From assembly GCF_009914755.1 (NCBI RefSeq), contig NC_060930.1: a DNA stretch of 64,000 nt; one strand, written 5' to 3'. Position numbers and translations under genes: made by a program. Source of the DNA: the human T2T-CHM13v2.0 reference genome, Homo sapiens. Of the stretch, positions 1 through 12,830 are shown piece by piece (position 1 is the first letter of the stretch; each line of letters begins with the position of its first letter). The notes beneath the pieces were generated by a model that was not told where the DNA came from, searched no databases, and saw only the letters and a list, made by a program, of their open reading frames with translations.

Positions 1-329
1 AAATAAGGAAAACTAATCTTGGGTGTCAGTCACATTCATAATTGTAGGGGCAAGCATTTTAGAAGAACTTAACTGTTTTCAAGCACTAAATTCTCAACCT
101 GAGTTGTCTTCAGCAACCTAAGGTATTAATATGTCTAAAGAGCCCGGTCTCTTGGTTTCTTGTGCACGTAGTTTTTGGGTTTCTATTAATGAAAGGTTCT
201 GGAGGTTCTAGAATAAAACAGGTATACCCTTTTGGAAATTGCATTATTAACATGCAGTGATCATTATTTCTTCACCATGTTGTTGGAAAATTTAATTTTG
301 CAGTGGGAATAAAAAATGTTTAAGAATTC

Positions 330-420
330 AATTGATGTTTATTAATTGTTGCCTATATATGTTATGTACTGTGCCTGGGGAGGGGAAATACAAAGATGAG
401 TAAAGCAGGACCTCTTCCTT
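330..420 (-). mobile_element. L2 3' end fragment
   Basis: tttattaattgttgcctatatatgttatgtactgtgcctgggg...atacaaagatgagtaaagcagg resembles the reverse complement of the L2 3' end. Confidence 0.5.
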
Positions 421-565
421 AAATGAAATTTTAGTTTTTAAAAAGCCTTTTAATGAGCACAAAAAGCCCTTTAGTGAGCAAAACAAACACAGTTAGTAAG
501 TAAAATGAGTGCATGTGATTTTTTTTAAAGGAAACTATCAAATTATTCTAAATATAAAAATTTTA

Positions 566-895
<330 letters not shown>

Positions 896-1074
896 TTATC
901 TTTCTTATCTTGCAGAAGAAAAGGAATTTTAAGTGCAGATTTTCAATGGTTATAATTTTCCAACACCAGACAAATAATGAACACAAAATATATGCTGCTG
1001 TAAGATTATATTGATAGTCTCACAGTATTTCTCTTCAGCATTATTATCTGATCAACACATATATGAATGGAATA

Positions 1075-1245
1075 GTAAAACTTAACATTTATCATACACT
1101 TGTTATGTACTTATTTCTTTTTTATTATCACAAAAGTATAAGTGTCCTCAATTTAAATGAGGATGCACAGAGATTAGTAACCATCCCACAGTTAACAGAA
1201 CTAATAGTTTAGCAGAGCCTAGATTCAAGCCAAGCAGTCTGATCT
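1075..1245 (-). mobile_element. MIR
   Basis: aaatgagg...cacagagattagtaac...gcagagcctagattcaagccaagcagtctga matches the reversed MIR core. Confidence 0.6.
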
Positions 1246-1539
1246 TTTATCCAACATTTCCTGAGTTCAGTTATTCTTAGCTGCCCCTTAACCCCCTAAT
1301 AGGTTTTTTTTGTTTTGTTTTGTTTTCTGTTGAGTATGGTTTGGAAGAACCTGCAAAACTCTATCTAAAATGAAGGGATACATTAACTTTTCTTCAGACT
1401 AATATTGTAAGAGAAAAAATTTAAGGAAAAATTTGGTTAATTTAATTATCTAAATCATTTTCTGTATATTTTCCTTCAGGTTCTTTATATATATGCATAT
1501 TTTTGCAGTGTATAAATATATTTGTAACCTTATATTCTA

Positions 1540-1760
1540 CAATATGAGACATTTCCCATGTTTCTATTTTGTTTTCCAATTATTTTGAATTGTTGCATAT
1601 TATACCATTGACCTAATTTATTCACATTTGCTCATCTTTTGGGATTGTTTTGGTTGTTTCAGTTTTTCATTATTATACATAACATAGTAATGAACATTTT
1701 CTGCATAGCATATTTTTCTTCTCTTGAATTATTTTTGTAGGATACATTTCCAGGAGAGTC
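1540..1760 (-). mobile_element. old L1M fragment
   Basis: ttggttgtttcagttttt...aatgaacattt...ggatacatttccaggag is typical of antisense L1M. Confidence 0.5.
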
Positions 1761-2459
1761 ACATGTACTCTAGAACTTCATATGTTAGTTTGTGCCTGGC
1801 AGTGCCTTTATTATGTGAATTAGGTAGGGAGAAGTAAATTTGCAGAATAAAATGTGTTATATTCCTTGTAAAGTCATTTTTGCATTATCCAGTCATTTTG
1901 CATATAAATAGTAGAAAGGGGTTTAGTTATTTATACTGTTTTCTTATTTCCATTGGGGAAAGTAAGAATTGGGGAGATACAGGCAATATTAAATTAGAAG
2001 TGCTTTAACGTATCAGTCTTCTTCTTCGGCATAGTCTTTTAGTTCCTATATTTTCAGGAGTATGGCTGGTATATGATTCCAGGCCCTACAAAGAAAATGA
2101 GAATGGAGGAAAGAATAGCATTGTAATGATAGAAGAGGGTTAAGGAACACCTGTTGACTCTGATGATAAGAATTATGATGGATTTGTCATTCGTACAGAA
2201 AGCTAGGAACTTAGCTCAGATGCATGCATAGTGTGAGAGACAAGACTCAAATAAAAATACACAGGTAGTTCATATCACTAGAGAGCCCCAAGCTAGTTTC
2301 TACTTGAAGTTAAGACAGCCACTGCAAGGAGGGAGGGATAGCTGTTGGGGTAAGCTTGGGAGCACTGTGAAGCACTTCTGTGGTCCCTTGTGCTCCTGGG
2401 TGAATTAACTGGAGGTGCTTTGCTTTCCTCATAGAGGGCCATGACCACTGTTTCATTCA

Positions 2460-2525
2460 TCCTTTGAATCCTAGTGTATACAGTGCCTGACACATAGTAG
2501 GCCCTTAGTAAATGTTTATTCGATT
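2460..2525 (+). mobile_element. L2/MIR 3' tail
   Basis: acagtgcctgacacatagtaggcccttagtaaatgtttatt. Confidence 0.55.
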
Positions 2526-2729
2526 TAGTAGAATTCATAGGTCCGTCAGCTTTGAAAAGAGTGGCTAGCACATGTGCAATTAAAATTGTGCTAGAGAAAT
2601 AGAGGATTATTGGGCAGATGCACCAGTTTGGTGGGAAGAGACTTTGGTGACTTCAGTGGATAGGTAGCAGAATTGGAAGATTGTTCAGGAAGAAGGGATG
2701 GTGTTAACTGCTATATTGAAATTTCCTTT

Positions 2730-4750
2730 GAAAACTTAGGTTCACAGAAAAACCTGCATATGAATGTTTATCATGGCAGCTATATTATGATCTCCAGAAA
2801 ATGGAAGTAACTAAAGATGTTCTTCAATAGGTGAATGGATAAACAAACTGTAGAATATTATTCAACTGTAAAAAGAAATAGGCTGTCAAACCACAAAAAG
2901 ACATGGATGAATCTTAAATGCAAATTACAAAGTGGAACCTGATTCAAAAAGGCTGCATTCTATATAATTTCATTAGTATGACATGGAAGATGGAAAACTA
3001 AAGTGATAGTACAGAGATCAGTGGTTGCCATGAGTTCAGGAAGTGAGGAGGATTGAATAGGTGAAGCACGGGGGAATTTTTAGAGGGATGGAACTATTCT
3101 GTATGATCCAGTGGAATAGTGGCTACGTGACAGTTGTCAAAACATACAGAACTTTTGCAGCACAAAGAATGAATTTTAATGTGTGAAAATTAAAAAGAAA
3201 ATGTTTAGGAGATCCCAGGATAGAATGCAGAATGTTTTAAAAACAGACTATTACAGATGTATGAAACATCTGTAATGAGGGGGGCGGGAGGGGGAGAGAA
3301 AAAAATGCTGAACTAAGTAAATTTGGAAGTAAGTGAATTCTGAAAGACTAAAGGCAAAAGAACCTGCACCTGAGTATTGTATTCTAGCTGATGAAGTTGT
3401 TTTTCATGGGTGTACAGGTTAACAGTTCTGATACTGTTATACATGTATACTGGAATTGACCAAATAAATAAATGGATGGTGGAAGCCAGATTTCTCATTG
3501 TTGGGGTGGGTATTTACAGAAGAGTAAGGGGAAGAGGCTAGAATGGTCCATGTGGTAATGAATTAGAGAAGGATATATCAGTAATGTGGATACTTAATGT
3601 GGATACAGATGGTTACATATAGAAATATTTACAGAGATGAATGTGTACACAGATTGGTATACACATATATTTCCTTGCTCTGTCTGCTGAGAGGGCCTAG
3701 ATGCAGCAAACAGTGATTATATGTAGCACCTAGATCCTGGTTTCTAATAACCATTCTCCAATAGAAGCAACCAGGGCTCTTGGAGAAGTGGTCAGTTCTA
3801 GGACTGGAGTAGGAAATATATAAATTGAGCTTTGAACATATTATAGTGCCAAAAAGTAAAGTGCTTTAAAAAACCCCACAATGAAGGGGGCATGTCAGAG
3901 GGACACAGGAGCCAGCTGAAGAGCTCCCAGTGGCCCAAGCTGGAAGGAACTATTTGAACAACAAAATAAAATACTAACAAGTTGTAACCCGAAATATAAA
4001 ATAAATATCCATGAGTCCATACTGATATATAATTAGTGATAGATAACTAAAAGAGGGAGAAAGAGATAAATTTGCCATGTAGCATTCCAAATAATTTATG
4101 TAGCTACTCTGCCATTAAGGAGCAAGGGGAGCCTGACTCTCTGTTCCTTAAGTGTGGGCTGTGCTGTGACTTCCAAGTGTGGAAAGGGAGGGAAAGTAAC
4201 TTTAATGGAGAAACCTGACAAACACTGCCTCAGCCAGGTGATCAAGATTAACATCAGCAGTGATAATTCATATTGATTGCATATACCCTTGATATGGTGT
4301 GATGAGAATGGCCTCTGTGATCTTCCTCCAATCCCATTAATCCAGTTTAACCATGAGAAAAATCAGACAAACCCAAATTGATGAGCATTGTACAAAATAC
4401 CTGACCAGTACTCTTGACAAATGTCAAGGTTATCAAAAACAAGGAATATCTAAGAAACTATCACAGCTAAGAGGAACATAAAGAGACATGACAACTAAAT
4501 CTAATGTGGTGTCCTGGATGAGATCCTGGAATGGGAAAAGAACATCAGGTAAAAACTAAGGAAATCTGAGCAAGTGTGGACTTTAGTTAATAGGGTGTCA
4601 ATATTGGCTCGTTAATTGTAACAAATATACCATACTAGTGTAAGATATTAATGATAGGAGAAATTGGCTCCTGAGTATATGGGAATTCTCTGTACTATCC
4701 TGGCAACCTTTTTATAAATCTAAAACTATTACTAAAAAATAAAGCTTTAT
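2730..4750 (+). mobile_element. L1MC/L1MD-type LINE-1 3' region
   Basis: gaatggataaacaaactg, acatggatgaatctt, gagaaacctgacaaacac, ggaattctctgtactatc...aaatctaaaactatt and an A-rich end. Confidence 0.85.
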
Positions 4751-5102
4751 AGATTCCATTGATTAGAAGGAAAAAATAAATAAAGCTTTTTTAAAAAAGG
4801 AAAATACTTCTGGGTGGCACAAGTAGAATTGCTTTTACTTATCCCCCTATTGGAGTTTAAACAATTTTTAAAAAAATAAAAGCAAATTCAGATACCAAAC
4901 AAACCAAAAAACTTACTGTGATGATCCTGAGAGGTTTTGAGATGATGTTGATCTCAGATTGATATTGATCATTTGCGAGACCCATAGCACCTTCCATTAA
5001 TTAATTATAAATTCTTCTCATCTAATTCTGAAATTGAGAAACTGTATTTCCCATGCCCTCCAAACAAATTTGTGAAAGAGCGAAAATTTCATAGATCCTG
5101 AC

Positions 5103-5651
5103 TGTATTTATTAGTTCATTCTTATACTGCTAATAAAGACATACCCAAGACAGGGTAATTTATAAAGGAAAGAGGTTTAATGGACTCACATTTTGGCATG
5201 GCTGGGGAGGCCTCACAATCATGGCAGAAGACAAAGGAGAAGCAGAGACACATCTTACATGGTGGCAGGCAAGAGAGCTCGTGTAAGGGACCTCCCCTTT
5301 ATGAAACCATCAGATCTCATGAGACTTAACTTATTTACTGTCAGGAGAACCGCCTGGGAAAGACCTGCCCCCATGATTCAGTTACCTCCCACTTGTCCCT
5401 CCCATGACACGTAGGAATTATTCTCTAGTAAAACAATAAATTAGATCAAGGATGCTAAACTCTGTATTCACCTAATATATCAATATTTAGACTAAAAGAA
5501 AAGACTAAAAGACAAAAAGAAAAGATATCAGACCAACAGCCATAACTCAGTTCTCTTGTGTGTAACTACTTTTTACTCCTAGAGACAAAGGAGTTGTCTT
5601 TACTTTTATTCCAAAATGAGATTTGGGTGGGGACACAACCAAACCATATCA
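5103..5651 (-). mobile_element. THE1 (MaLR) solo LTR carrying a 192-bp foreign insert
   Basis: TG...CA termini (tgtatt...aaaccatatca), THE1 body, perfect 5-bp TSD ctgac at 5098-5102 and 5652-5656. Confidence 0.95.
5421..5612 (-). repeat. inverted duplicate of 6549-6740 (arm 1)
   Basis: manual alignment to the reverse complement of 6549-6740 gives 192 bp, 7 mismatches, no gaps. Confidence 0.97.
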
Positions 5652-6548
5652 CTGACTGAGTCTTGCGCCTACCTTCTGCTTAATGCTTCTTTCTTTTTAG
5701 AAGTAGAAATATTCATGAATGAGAAAATTATAGGCACTGGACCTTCCTCTGATGCACTGAATAAAGCTCAGAGTTCGCTCTAATCACACTTGAAGGAGAA
5801 TAGGTTGAAGAATGCAGGGTAATTTAGAAATGCAAGAATGCTTGTATATCCTTTTACTAAGGAGATTTTTAAAAAATCTTCAAAATAACTCTGACCACCC
5901 TTAGTGTAGAAAGTATTCTAACTCATTTTTATTCATTCTTTTAAATAAGTTACTTTCTCTTGACCTGGAGTAGGACAGTCCCAACTTCCAGTTGAATAAT
6001 AATCCCCTAGAAACAATGCTTTGTTATTTCTGAAACTGGTTCACTGCTCTCCTCTTCACAGATCCATTACTACTAGTGTTTGACCTTCTGGAAGGCACAA
6101 GGTGCTCCTGAAATCATAGTTAGGACTGGGAACTGAAGGGCTGATGCAAATGTATCTTGTAAGACAGTCTGTGTTCTGTTACAAATGATCTCCATCCTGG
6201 TGTTCTTTCCTGCCCAGTTCATTTATTTTTCCTAGGATCTTTGCACAGAGCAGAGCAACATAAACTCTATTACAGTCTTATCTTTTAGTGGGCTTTTGGC
6301 CAAAGGTTCAGAGCTCTAGAATTTAGAATTACTTTTTACTTCATAAAATCACAGGGTTGATGTTAGCACTTTTTTTTTCAGCCATTAATTCATCCCTTGG
6401 TCATATGTAAATAAACTAAATTTGTATGATGTAGTTGGTGGAGTGAGATGTCTGGTTTATTCAGCTTGGAAAACCTCTTTCAGAACATGGATAAACATGT
6501 ATTTGTGCATTCCCATAGCTTCCGGCAAGCTCTGTAGAGAAGGTCAGA

Positions 6549-6740
6549 GGAATAAAAGTAAAGGCAACTCCTTTGTCCCTAGGAGTAAAAAGTAGTTGCA
6601 CACAAGAGAATTGAGTTATGGCTGTTGGTCTGTTATCTTTTCTTTTTGTCTTTTAGTCTTTTCTTTTAGTCTAAATATTGATATATTAGGTGAATACAGA
6701 GTTTAGCATCCTTGATCAAATTTATTGTATTACTAGAGAA
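6549..6740 (+). repeat. donor copy of the inverted duplication (arm 2)
   Basis: ggaataaaagtaaaggcaactcc...tttattgtattactagagaa is the reverse complement of 5421-5612. Confidence 0.97.
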
Positions 6741-7143
6741 GTACATTTTTACCAGTGAAAATACAGTCAAGTGTGAACATTTTAAATGCAGAAAGCCTGA
6801 GATTTTGTCCTATTCAATAAAACGGCTGAATTATAGAATACTCAAGAGATGTTGTTTTCCTTAAGAAGATATACTATAAATATTCATGCGTACTAAGCCT
6901 ATAGAAACATAAACTAGGCTTAGTTCAACAATAAATACTTGCAAGCTCAATGAAGACATAATGGATACAAAGATGATACCCTCAGGAAGCTTATAGTTTA
7001 GTTCTAAATTACACTACTGTATTTTCTTTTCTTTTTTTTTTTTTTTTTAAAGAAAACAGTTTAACATCAAATGTTTCCCAGGTTTACTTTTTGCACAGTG
7101 CATACAGTTTTGGGAAAATATGTGGTTACAACACGATATTCTA

Positions 7144-7443
7144 GGCCAGTTATGTTGGCTCACACCTGTAATCACAGCGCTTTGAGAGGCTGAGGCGGGC
7201 GGATTGCTTGAACCCAGGAATCCGAGACAAGGCTAGGCAATATGGTGAAATCCCGTCTCTACAAAAAATCCAAAAATTAGCCTGGCTCGGTGTTGTGCCT
7301 GTAGTCCCAGCTACTCAAGAGGCTGAGGTGGGAGAATCACTTGAGCCCAGGAGGTGGAGGTTGCAATTGCCACTGCACTGCAGCCTGGGTGAAAGAGTGA
7401 GACCCTGTCTCAAAAAAACAACAACAATAAAAACAAAATAAAA
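7144..7443 (+). mobile_element. Alu (AluJ-like)
   Basis: dimeric Alu, gagaccctgtctc, A-rich tail. Confidence 0.92.
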
Positions 7444-8249
7444 CACCCTATGATAGTCCACAATTTGTTCGATGCTACTCTAGATCATCCTAAAGGAAAA
7501 AGCAATCAGTACGACACCAAGTCTTTAGAATTTCGAGGATTGGTTGATATTATCTCCCAGTAGATGAGAGAGCAGATCTTAATTTTTTTCTGTGAGCAGA
7601 TTCGCTGGCTTCATCTGGGCCTTCCCTATGCTAAGTTCAATTATTGATATTTTCTTTTTAAAAAGCCACATACCTTGCTAACACGAGAAGAGGGCTGGGG
7701 GGAAAATGCCACACTTGGACAGAATGACTATAATTATCAAAACCAGAAGGCCATCAACGTTGCCTCCAATGATGGTAGGCAAAGAATGTTACTTCTCATC
7801 TTTCAGGAAGATGACAATGATCTTAGTTCGTTGGTTCTCTATATTCAGCCCCTCATATAGAGATTTGTTGAAAGGATCCACAGTTCAGTTACATATCTTG
7901 GTAACAGTTTAGAGTGACCCAACGAAATCTCTGCAGCCATGGTTACATTTTCTTTATGTGACGTGATGGCATAGCTCACTGAATGCCATTCTTCCACATG
8001 CTGAACTAAATTGATCTCATAAGTGTGCTTCTGACTTTGGATGCACAAAGTGTAGGCCTGAAATGAAAGCTATTCCTGGGATGCACTGAGCAAATAAACT
8101 GCCATAGTCATCTGCCCCCTCTCCTCTATACCGCTGTATTTTAATTTAGTTTATAATAATTAAAACAGCTTGTACATTGTATTTTATTATAAATGCAATT
8201 AATGAAATATGAGTAAATGAACCTTTAGTATTAAAAACCATCCATAATC

Positions 8250-8552
<303 letters not shown>

Positions 8553-9278
8553 AGTCCAGAATCTTAACATTGCTATTTGTATATCTTTTTCCTTCTGCCT
8601 TCAGGGAACCCCTCAATCACTGCTTATTACTGTGAGTTTGCTCTAACCTGCTGCCATCACCTTCTGTCGTCCGAATGAAAAAACTAATTTTTTCTTGATG
8701 ACTCTAATATTGTTTGAGGGGCAATTCTTCTTTTTCTCAGCTTTTCTCATTAATGTTGTTATCTTTTATATGAAACTGAAGGATGGCCAAATCCCATTAT
8801 CCAGCTATCCTGGGTCAGCTTTCTAGGTTTTACAGTGGTCCCTTGGAGGATTTTAGGAGTCCTGTATTTTAAAAATTTGGTGACATGGGGTTTAGTGTAG
8901 AAGATGCAGAGAGGCCATGGGAAGGGATTCCAGTTTGTATCCCAGAACATGGATATATTCAGGTTGAGATCTTGTGATTGTCAAAAACTCTTGTGTATTT
9001 TGAAGGTGATTTCTGATAGTACATATTTGGTAGAATCTTACCAAGGAGGCATTTGATTTCCAACACGTTTGCTCATAGCATTATATTGCTTGCCTTGGTG
9101 ATACCGTCAGTGTTCCTCCTCTGCAGGATTTTTATTTCTTTTAAATTTTTCTTTTCTTTTTTCTTTCTTTCCTTTTCCCTCTCCCTTCCCCTCTCCCCCT
9201 TCCCCTCTCCCCCTCTCCATCCCTCTTTAGGACAGCAGTGTCCTGATAGAGTTAACACACTTGGAAGTGCTAAAGCTG

Positions 9279-9281
<3 letters not shown>

Positions 9282-9309
<28 letters not shown>
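9282..9309. repeat. (AC)14 microsatellite
   Basis: read directly. Confidence 0.95.
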
Positions 9310-11982
9310 GAATGAATAAGTAGGTCTTCAGATTGAACGGTATTAAATGTAACAATATTTTCATTTATACTTTGATCCTATATTTTCTAAATTTTCAATA
9401 ATAGAATATGCAGAATATAAGTTTATAATCTTCAGACTTGAATTTTTAGCCCAATACATGATGTTATTGTAGAGTAGGAATGGTATGGAAAAATGAAATC
9501 GAGAGATAATTCTCAACCTTTATTCTTAATCATTTAAAGTCAGAATTTTTGTCTCTTCCATTAAATGTCTGGCTATAACACAGATCATCATCATGTGGCA
9601 AAGGTATGTCAGACTGAGAAAGAGAGTGGCAGTTCTTTTGGGGGGCTCAGTAATTAGAGCTTACCTAAAACCCAAAATGTTGAACTAGAAAATCACTGTG
9701 GTCTCTTCTGATTCTAAAAGTTGGTGATTTTCTTGACATCACAAATTCATGCAGTTGCGTGTGTGAATAGTGAGATGTTAAACCTGTAACAAGAAGAGAT
9801 AGATCTTCTTCAGTGAGATAATCAGCTTCTGGGTGGCTGAGAAGTTTTTATATGAGTAAGATCAAAAATGAGAGTCTGCTCAGCAGATTTGCAGAGAGTC
9901 TCTGATAAATTTCTTTAGTGCCATTTCAAACCCCAGGAGCGCCACATATGATGGTTTTATATTGGGCTCTGTTATGGGCATATTCTATATCTCTACTCTC
10001 ACTCTGCAGATCTGTCGAAGCATGTTTTGATAAAGAGTATTGAAGTCTCAAAGATGGGTTTTAATATCTTTACCAAAGGATGGCAGACATTGACAGATGG
10101 TTTCTAAGGATAGTTCCTTGCAATCAAATCTTATTTATAGTGCCAGTATATAAAATGAGTATAGGTGGTGTGCATTATTACATTATCAATAAAAACTAAC
10201 AGTTGATTTCCACTGTCAATGGCATCTGACTTTTCTAGATCAGAATCATGTAATGTGGTAGAAGGAGCTCTTAAGTAGGATTGACAAGCCTTTATCTATC
10301 CTTCCCTCTCTGTTTTGAGCACTTGGGCAAGTCATTTGAGCTACCTGAGAGACTGTTTTTAGAATGAATCACTTTTCTTATAATGATGGATTTTTAAAAA
10401 TCACATTAATTTATTATACAGTTGTTACATTCTGCATGGTTAATAAAGGATGACTTGCCAAGAGAAATCTTAATTTCATCAGGTTTCTAGAACAGTTTTT
10501 AAAACAGTATTGAAAACATTACTATGTTTTTATACTTCTTCACTGTGTATGAGGAAAAGTTGACCACTTGAGTGTTGTTATCAATGTACACTAAACTAGA
10601 TGTACAGTTCAGGGGACATCAGCACATATATGGACATTTGGCAGATTTCTTGAGCCAATAATTCTGGTCCTTCTCTTTTAAAAGTTCTTAGTTAGGTAAC
10701 CACAGATAATTGAACCAGAGAAGTCGTCTCATGGTGTGCTAAGTAAACACAGATGAAGATAGAGCCAGCTGACTTCAGCAACTCTTCTCTGCATGGTGTG
10801 TCTCTGAGACTTACATTGAAGATGTATAATATGGGTTACTTTTACTTCAGTTTCTTGTAGTTACAGCTTCTGCATGTATCATGCCCCAGAAAAAGGTAAT
10901 CATCTTCCCATTATGACATGCAGTATACAATTTATAGTCTTTTTTGTGGGGAAGGAGTTGGGGAAGAAAGTGAGTTTAATGGACCTGAGGTAATGTTTAA
11001 TAACAGGATATGTAAGTTAAATTGACCAGCTGTTGTATGTCTCTGTGTTTGCTGTGATAGAATTTGGGATAGTGAGAAATTTCACACTAATTTTATTCAC
11101 ACTAAACAATTCTAATTGTTTCTTTTTTATAAAAAAATGTGAAATTTGCCTAATTAAGAGGCTGTCCTTTTTAAATTAAATATAAATTTGGTGTTCTTCT
11201 GGAACTCTGCTGTTTCGAGTGCTTTTTGTCCTCATTCAGTATTATTAATGCAAGACAACCTGCTTGCATGCAGCTAAGCATGGCTTCTTTCTCTTATGTA
11301 TAACACAGAGTGGGCAGGGTGTACAAAACTCATCTACATCCTTCTCAGAAAACTTCTGTGTAACACTGCCATGTGCTAAGCCTACGGAGGTGAGGAAGAG
11401 GGTTTTTTTTTTTTTTTTTTTTAAATTGATGGTTTTGGCTCAAGCTTTGGAGGGACGAAGAAATGGTGTGGATTCTGTGAAATCACAGGATGTCTAAGTT
11501 CCAAGGGCTTTAGGAATTGCCTCATATCGTGCGTCTAAATATTGCACCCCTGCCCCTCTTCCAGTCCAGACTCATCCGAGAGGATCAGCACAATTCCATT
11601 AGTAAATGAAGTCACAACTTGGGGATTGATGGGGATAATTAATAAAAAGGGCCACAAGTGGTTCCAAGTGCTCCTGCAGTCATACACACACATACTCTGT
11701 TTAGCATCCCGAGTTCTCAGAGAAGGAAGAGGTGTGGAGAAGTTATTTGAATTTGTTAGTTCTCAGATTTTTTTATCAGGGTAAGCAGTTTTTAAAAATT
11801 AAAGAGTGAAGAGAAAGTGATGGACATACACTTGCCAACTTTTATTCATTTGGACATTTAAAAGGAAAATCATCACCATAGAGTTATAAATAAATTATAA
11901 CAAATGTAACAATATAGCATATATTTAGCTTTATGAAAAACTGATATTGTCCTTCTCATTTAACTATAAAAATTTCATCACT

Positions 11983-12310
<328 letters not shown>

Positions 12311-12677
12311 TTAGTTCGTTGTGTAGGATTTAGGAATTGCTAATCAAGTAGTTATAATTAACTTGAAGAATAATTTAACAGTATACATTTTAAATTTAAA
12401 ACTATGGTATTAGCCTATATCAGCTCTAAGTGAATTCTTGCCTGATGCAAGATGTGATTCCTGCACAGCCACAGAGGGGTATTTTTAATTAATTTAGGCT
12501 CAATAAACTAAAGAAGCTTTTGGAAAATTTGAACACAACTGAGAAAGCAACCCACATCAGTTTCCGTAGGTACTCACAAAGCTGGGTGGTGGTGTACATT
12601 GGTTATATTATTTACAAATACAATTTTTGGGAGACTGTGGAAGGGATAACTTGAAATCTTGAAGAATGATTTAGGGC

Positions 12678-12830
12678 CTTGTTACCCAAAGTCTGATCCA
12701 GGGACTAGCTACATTAATAGCACTTGGGAGCTGCTGGAAATACAGGCCTCACCCCAGACCTGCTGGATCAGAACCTGCATTTTAACAAGATCCCCAGGTG
12801 ATTCACATGCATAGCAGGTTTAAGATACTG
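12678..12830. mobile_element. MER5A (hAT-Charlie MITE)
   Basis: ccccagacctgctggatcagaacctgcattttaacaagatccccaggtgattc. Confidence 0.85.

Noticed and set aside
441-480. Short direct duplication (aaaagcc.ttta.tgagca x2); similar ones near 1872, 11080 and 20831
   Set aside because: Ordinary slippage duplications with no sign of function.
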